Part shown: piece by piece, positions 59,301-64,000 of the stretch
How positions within the stretch are numbered: position 1 is the first letter of the stretch
Layout of the letters: each line of letters starts with the position of its first letter
Assembly (NCBI GenBank): GCA_963737905.1
Contig: CAVTUQ010000007.1
Coordinates: 64,001 to 128,000, forward strand
Source of the DNA: an uncultured delta proteobacterium
GTDB lineage: Bacteria; Desulfobacterota; Binatia; UBA9968
DNA: 64,000 nucleotides
Reading direction: 5' to 3'
Notes under the pieces: generated by a model
Told to the model about the DNA's origin: nothing
Seen by the model: the letters and a program-made list of their open reading frames with translations, nothing else
Database searches by the model: none
Position numbers and translations under genes: made by a program

Positions 59301-60110
59301 TTATTTGTTTTCGGATGGAACTTCGAATTTACCCCAAGTCCGGCCCCAGCTTGGGCGGAAACTGTCCTCGGTGACGGCTGCATTCGAATAGCCGGCATCG
59401 ACGTAGAGGCTCTCGCCGGCGACAAAATTCGAATCGTCCGTGGCCAAAAAAATCGCCGCGCCGACCAGATCTTCGGGTTTACCGAGCCGGCCCAAGGGAA
59501 TACGCCGCAGGCGCTCTCCCGCTTCCTCGCTAGTTCCCGAAAAACTCTCCATGGGTCCGCAGACGAGGGAATTCACGTTGACGCCATAAAATCCCAGCGC
59601 CTGTGCAATGGCCCGGGTCATGGACTCGATGCTCGAATAGGCGGCGCTGTTCCCGGTGGATTCGCCTGATGCAATCCTCCCATCGGTGGTCGAAAGATTG
59701 ATGATCTTGCCGGAGCGCTGCCCGGCCATCTGGCGGCCGACTGCCTGGCAAGCGAGGAAATAAGCTTTGGGCCCGCGATCGATGCACTGGTTAAATGCTT
59801 CTTCAGCAAGACTTAAAAAATCGCTCTCGTGCGTGATCCCTGAACAGTTAAGCAGCACGTCGATACGCCCGAACTCGGCAAGGGCACGCCGCACGGCCTC
59901 TTCGATTTCAGATTTTTTTGTGACGTCGCACTGGAGTGCTAGAGTTTCGCGGCCAAGCGCGCGCACTTCCGCTGCCAGCAGTTCCGCTTGCTTACGGTTT
60001 GCATCGATCACGACGCAATTGGCACCTTCGCGGGCGAATCCGATGGCGATTGCACGGGCGCACGGGTGCTGCGCGCTGGTTATGAAGACGATTTTATCTC
60101 TAAGTCTCAT
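59301..60110 (-). CDS. SDR-family oxidoreductase (atypical)
   Basis: CDVT, GRIDVLLN, IINLST, IPLGRLGKPEDL; lacks GxxxGxG and YxxxK. Confidence 0.83.
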   Translation of the reverse strand: MRLRDKIVFITSAQHPCARAIAIGFAREGANCVVIDANRKQAELLAAEVRALGRETLALQCDVTKKSEIEEAVRRALAEFGRIDVLLNCSGITHESDFLSLAEEAFNQCIDRGPKAYFLACQAVGRQMAGQRSGKIINLSTTDGRIASGESTGNSAAYSSIESMTRAIAQALGFYGVNVNSLVCGPMESFSGTSEEAGERLRRIPLGRLGKPEDLVGAAIFLATDDSNFVAGESLYVDAGYSNAAVTEDSFRPSWGRTWGKFEVPSENK

Positions 60111-60211
60111 CCAATGATTCTCGAGCGGACGAGGCGCCGACAAACAGTCTCTAACAGAAGGCGAATCTGACTGTCAAATCAACGGGCGCTCGGCGGCACC
60201 ACAAGTAAGAG

Positions 60212-61240
60212 TCACTTGTCGAGTAATCGTCTCACGCGCTCGACCACCTCTGGAGGTTGCGCTATGACGTCGCGGGCTAGTGCTTGCAGTTCCTCGCCGG
60301 CGACAGGGTCGATATCCAATTTCCGTTCTCTGGCTTGGGCTTGAAAATCGGGGTCGTTTAGAGTTTTTCTAAAAGCGCTCTGAAGAAGTTTCGCGCGGTC
60401 CGGCGGGAGTCCCGGTGAACTGATGTAGGGCCGGCCGAACGCCCCCACCGCAAGTATGACTGTCGCGAGGCGTTTCCCCGCCTCGGTTGTCTTATTTTCG
60501 TTCATGAGTTCCCAGATGGTCGGAACATCAGGCAACCTCGGGTCGCGCTTTTTGCCGGTTTGTATCAACACGCGGACAAAACCATTCTTAGACCAGCCGA
60601 TAAGTGGTTCGCGTCCGAACAGAGTTTCCAAAGAGATGCCGCGGCATTGGATCTCTCCCCGCTCTACGGCCAAGTCGACTTCAGGGCCATCCTTGTAGCC
60701 GGTGAGCGTATTGAATTTTGCTCCGAGGGTTTCCTCCAGAAGGTTTCCAACGTAGTAACCTGTCGAAGCTGTGCCGGTGGCGCCGCACTTGGGTGGAACG
60801 GCCGCTTTACGCACGTCGTCGAGCGTTTTGTAGGGAGTGTCGGCGCGGATGTAGATGATCTGTTCCACCTGGGTCGGAGTGCCGAGCCAAGTAAACTTTG
60901 GCCAATCAAACTGAACTTGGTTTCTCCCCACGAGCTGATCGAAATAGAGTCCGGCCCGAATTCCTCCCAGCGTTAGCCCATCGGGCTTGGCGACTTTGTA
61001 AACGTAGTTGGCCGCGATCATCGCACCGGCGCCGGGCATATTCTGGACGACGATATTTGGACTCCCGGGAATGTACTTGACCAGATATTGGGCGATCATC
61101 CGCGTCCATGCATCATCGACGCTACCCGCGCCGTAGCCGGCGACGATTCTCAAAGTTTTGTCTTGATAGAACGGCGCCTGGGCCAATGCGTTGACGGGTG
61201 AAACAAGGACGAGAGCGAGAACTAAAAGGAATTTGTTCAT
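60212..61240 (-). CDS. Bug/TctC-family substrate-binding protein
   Basis: FYQDKTLRIVAG, NMPGAG, KPDGLT, DLAVERGE; paralogue of 50988-52040. Confidence 0.88.
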   Translation of the reverse strand: MNKFLLVLALVLVSPVNALAQAPFYQDKTLRIVAGYGAGSVDDAWTRMIAQYLVKYIPGSPNIVVQNMPGAGAMIAANYVYKVAKPDGLTLGGIRAGLYFDQLVGRNQVQFDWPKFTWLGTPTQVEQIIYIRADTPYKTLDDVRKAAVPPKCGATGTASTGYYVGNLLEETLGAKFNTLTGYKDGPEVDLAVERGEIQCRGISLETLFGREPLIGWSKNGFVRVLIQTGKKRDPRLPDVPTIWELMNENKTTEAGKRLATVILAVGAFGRPYISSPGLPPDRAKLLQSAFRKTLNDPDFQAQARERKLDIDPVAGEELQALARDVIAQPPEVVERVRRLLDK

Positions 61241-61349
61241 GGCAACCCTCCCCGTGCGTGATTTGTTGGCGCCGATCATACTCAATTTGCCGCAAAACAT
61301 ACAACAGAACCTTCCCATTAAACCGAGCTTTGTTTGGGCCGAAAAAAAC

Positions 61350-61642
61350 CATTCGTGCAAAGAGCGCGGGTAACGGCCGCGATCACCCCGGGTGTGGTTT
61401 GCTGCCAGCACGGCTGGTGGCAAGATTGTAAGGACCTCGACCTGCCGGGCTACGATTCTTACGGTAAGGGCTCAGCCAATCCCAGCCTGTTGATCGGCGC
61501 CGATGTGGCCGATCCGATCAGCGGCTCATTGCCGCATCGATCCTATCTTTGCCGCGTGCGGCCGGCCGCGGAGCAATCGCCAAAGAAGTCTGCCAGCCCG
61601 CATTCACCCGGCGACATCGACATGATTCAAAAATCTCCCTGA
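61350..61642 (+). pseudogene. C-terminal fragment of a molybdopterin oxidoreductase (dinucleotide-binding domain)
   Basis: RARVTAAITPGVVCCQHGWW...ANPSLLI...DPISGSLPHRSYLCRV with no upstream catalytic domain. Confidence 0.72.
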
Positions 61643-61659
61643 TTGCCGCGACGGGGGAC

Positions 61660-61911
61660 CTAGCCCGGACTATTCATGCTCCCAGGAAAACCCACGACAC
61701 AGTGTCGATCAAGGGGCGAGCTTGGAGGAGCGAAGGCACAGAGGCGAACAGTTCCAATGACGATTAGGGTGTTTGGCCTTGCGCTCGAATTTTTTCCCAG
61801 GTATTCGCTTCAGAACTTAGGTTTGCAGGCCGCCTCCAGGTAGAGGCCCATTGCCTTCGCTCCTGAGAGCTCGCCCTTGATCATTGTTCGCCAGCGAATA
61901 GTCCGGGCTAG
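61660..61911 (-). mobile_element. MITE-like non-coding hairpin element, family copy B (intact ends)
   Basis: CTAG-CCCGGACTATTC ... GAATAGTCCGGG-CTAG; internal arms GATCAAGGGGCGAGCT..AGGAGCGAAGGCA / TGCCTTCGCTCCT..AGCTCGCCCTTGATC. Confidence 0.85.
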
Positions 61912-62987
61912 CGCAGCGCTGGAAGGATTTCCTTGCCCCAGAGATCGATCACCTCGGGAATATCGGGGCCGAGGGGAACGCCGATCGCAACCTGCGTGAA
62001 TCCATCGCGGGCCGCCAGCGAGAATAGTTCCGCGATCCGCTCGCTGCACTGCGCCGCTGTGCCGGCGATGATCAGACGATCGACGGCTTCGTCAGGCGTG
62101 AGAGAGGCGGCGTGGTCGACGCCGCGATTTTCCGCGTACGCTTGGCGCACCATTTGAATCGCCCGCGGGTCGATGCCTTTGGCCTCGAGAACCTCGTCCG
62201 GCCAGCCGGAGACGATATGGGAGACGAAACGTTTCGCGTGCTGTCTGGCGGCCTCGCCGTCGCGCGAAACCGAGGCGTTGAGCAGCATCACTTTGCGCAA
62301 CGGCTCTCGCAGCGGGGATTGCGACCGCGCGGAGTGAAGACGCGCAAGCGAGGCGCTCATGTCGGCAATCCCATAGAGAGTTTGGAGAATCACGCCGTCG
62401 AAGTGGCGCGCGATAAGGTCGAGCACGGCGGGCTTGAGCAGACTCGGACCATAGTAAAGACGGATGGGCGACTGGGTTTTGAAGCGCAGCGCGTATTGTT
62501 CCGCGTTCAAATGAAAATAGGAAGCCAGAATAGGAATATCGGCGCTTCGGAGCGCCTCGCCGGCGAACAGTTTCCGCAATCCCATGGCCAATTCGGCCAT
62601 GATGGCGAGCGGTTTCGCGCGTTCGACTTGATGCGTCAGGATCGACCTCGATCCAGGCCCCAGGCCGAGGGAGATTTCTCTCCCGTTGGTGAGCTCGGAT
62701 ATCGTCGCGAAGGCCATCGCTAGATCCACCGGGTTACGAAAGTAGGGAACCGTGACGGCGGTTCCGAGCTTGACCGGCAAGCGTGCCACGATCGCCGCCG
62801 AGCTTGCTAGCACGCTTCGATATTCCAGATTGTCGTTGGTCCAAACCTGGCTGAAACCGAGTTTCCTCAACGTCTGCCACGCCTGCTCGGCCAGCCCGAT
62901 CAAATCCGGGAGCGAGTAACGATTGAGAACGTGAAGCGGATAGTGTATCCCGATTTCTCCGGTAAATTCTTTTGCTTGGATGGCCAT
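61908..62987 (-). CDS. LLM-class (Mer-like) oxidoreductase
   Basis: GFSQVWTND, LGTAVTVPYFRNPV, ISLGLGPG, IAGTAAQC; the stop TAG lies within the CTAG of the element. Confidence 0.85.
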   Translation of the reverse strand: MAIQAKEFTGEIGIHYPLHVLNRYSLPDLIGLAEQAWQTLRKLGFSQVWTNDNLEYRSVLASSAAIVARLPVKLGTAVTVPYFRNPVDLAMAFATISELTNGREISLGLGPGSRSILTHQVERAKPLAIMAELAMGLRKLFAGEALRSADIPILASYFHLNAEQYALRFKTQSPIRLYYGPSLLKPAVLDLIARHFDGVILQTLYGIADMSASLARLHSARSQSPLREPLRKVMLLNASVSRDGEAARQHAKRFVSHIVSGWPDEVLEAKGIDPRAIQMVRQAYAENRGVDHAASLTPDEAVDRLIIAGTAAQCSERIAELFSLAARDGFTQVAIGVPLGPDIPEVIDLWGKEILPALR

Positions 62988-63181
62988 ATGGGTGCAGCTA
63001 TCACAGCGCGCTGAACGAAGTCAAAGGTGGATTCCCTATTTCCGTTCATCGTTGGCGCGAACCCGCCATCCATATAAAAAACACCATGTGCAACGGGATC
63101 GCACCGGCCAACACGCCGAAAGCAAAAGCCGTCCGTGCTTGCGTCGTGCTCAGATTGACAACCGGAGAGATTGCTGGCGGC

Positions 63182-63772
63182 CTATCGTTCGATTTCGCGA
63201 CCTCGCTGGGATGAGGCGTGCTGTTTCAACCAGGAGAGAACCTCTTCGGCATTCTTATCTGGTGGGAAGACTGGATAGAAAACCTTTTTGATTTCTCCTG
63301 TTTCAATAATGAAGGTCAATCGTTTGTACAGCTCCAGCCCATGAACACGAAACGTCGGCAGGCGCAAAGCGCTCTTTAGCCGCAGGGAGCTGTCGCTGAG
63401 CAATTGAAAGGGAAGATGCAAGCGATCGCGGGCCTCTCGTTGGTACTCGGTTTCCTGAGCGCTTATTCCAAATACACCGCTGCCGAGGGCCTTTAGCTCC
63501 GTGTAGCGGTCGCGAAAATTGCAGGACTGGGGAGTACATCCGCGCGCACCGGGAATGGCATCCCAGCCGTCGGGCAATGGAACTCCTGGCCGTCCCGTCA
63601 TTGGATAAACGTAGATCACGAATAGGCCTGTTAGCGAACTCAGGTCGACTGTCGCGCCGTCGGTTGACGGGAGGGGGATTTTTACAAGCCTCATGCCTTT
63701 CAGGTGGGCGGCAGCTCCGTCATCCAAAGGTACAGGCAGGTCCGTTGGCAGCTCAAAGAAGGTATCGCTCAT
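63182..63772 (-). CDS. Peroxiredoxin (BCP/PrxQ-like, Cys form)
   Basis: YVYPMTG, GARGCTPQSCNFRD, LPFQLLSD, YKRLT, FYPVFPPD. Confidence 0.92.
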   Translation of the reverse strand: MSDTFFELPTDLPVPLDDGAAAHLKGMRLVKIPLPSTDGATVDLSSLTGLFVIYVYPMTGRPGVPLPDGWDAIPGARGCTPQSCNFRDRYTELKALGSGVFGISAQETEYQREARDRLHLPFQLLSDSSLRLKSALRLPTFRVHGLELYKRLTFIIETGEIKKVFYPVFPPDKNAEEVLSWLKQHASSQRGREIER

Positions 63773-64000
63773 ATTTCCCTATTCTTTAGCATACTATGGT
63801 TGAACCAAGAATGCTGCGGATCAAAGGCCACGGCGATCACTCAGCTGGGCGCCTGCTGAAGCCCCGATCGCTGAGAGTACTCAGTCGCATTCCATTCTGT
63901 CATGTGTGCCTCCTCGTCATCGGACGCTCCCACTTTATATTCTTAGCGCGTACGTAGCCAAGCGCAATCCAATTCAAAAGAAGACAAATTCCCGCTGCGG

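Noticed and set aside
58365-59669. 434-aa plus-strand ORF
   Set aside because: Antisense to the bicupin and SDR genes, with no motifs.
63790-64000. Possible 3' end of a minus-strand membrane-protein gene
   Set aside because: Too little sequence at the window edge to call.

Overview
GC-rich, gene-dense bacterial window. The gene content (many NMT1/SsuA and Bug/TctC binding proteins, LLM oxidoreductases, UbiD, ccsA-hemACDB, rpoZ-rpoH) resembles Candidatus Binatia/Deltaproteobacteria, but this taxonomy is only inferred. Housekeeping blocks: leuCD, a dpp-type ABC importer, ccsA-hemA-hemC-hemD-hemB and rpoZ/rpoH, mixed with many catabolic genes. Signals the ORF track misses: (1) two probable selenoproteins, an omega-type GST (15203-15763) and an exported peroxiredoxin (27680-28228), each with an in-frame TGA at the catalytic Cys position followed by a SECIS-like hairpin; (2) a family of about 185-250 bp non-coding hairpin elements (22659-22896, 48866-49050, 61660-61911) with colinear conserved blocks, one bounded by perfect 12-bp TIRs and a CTAG duplication; (3) integron attC-like sites around a degraded BrnT/BrnA cassette; (4) a GAF-domain/glucan phosphorylase fusion; (5) a cytochrome with a contracted CxCH motif; (6) several tandem-inverted short-repeat arrays and readable operator/promoter architectures. 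Several single-base frameshifts in otherwise intact genes suggest residual indel errors in the assembly. No rRNA, tRNA or CRISPR array was recognised.
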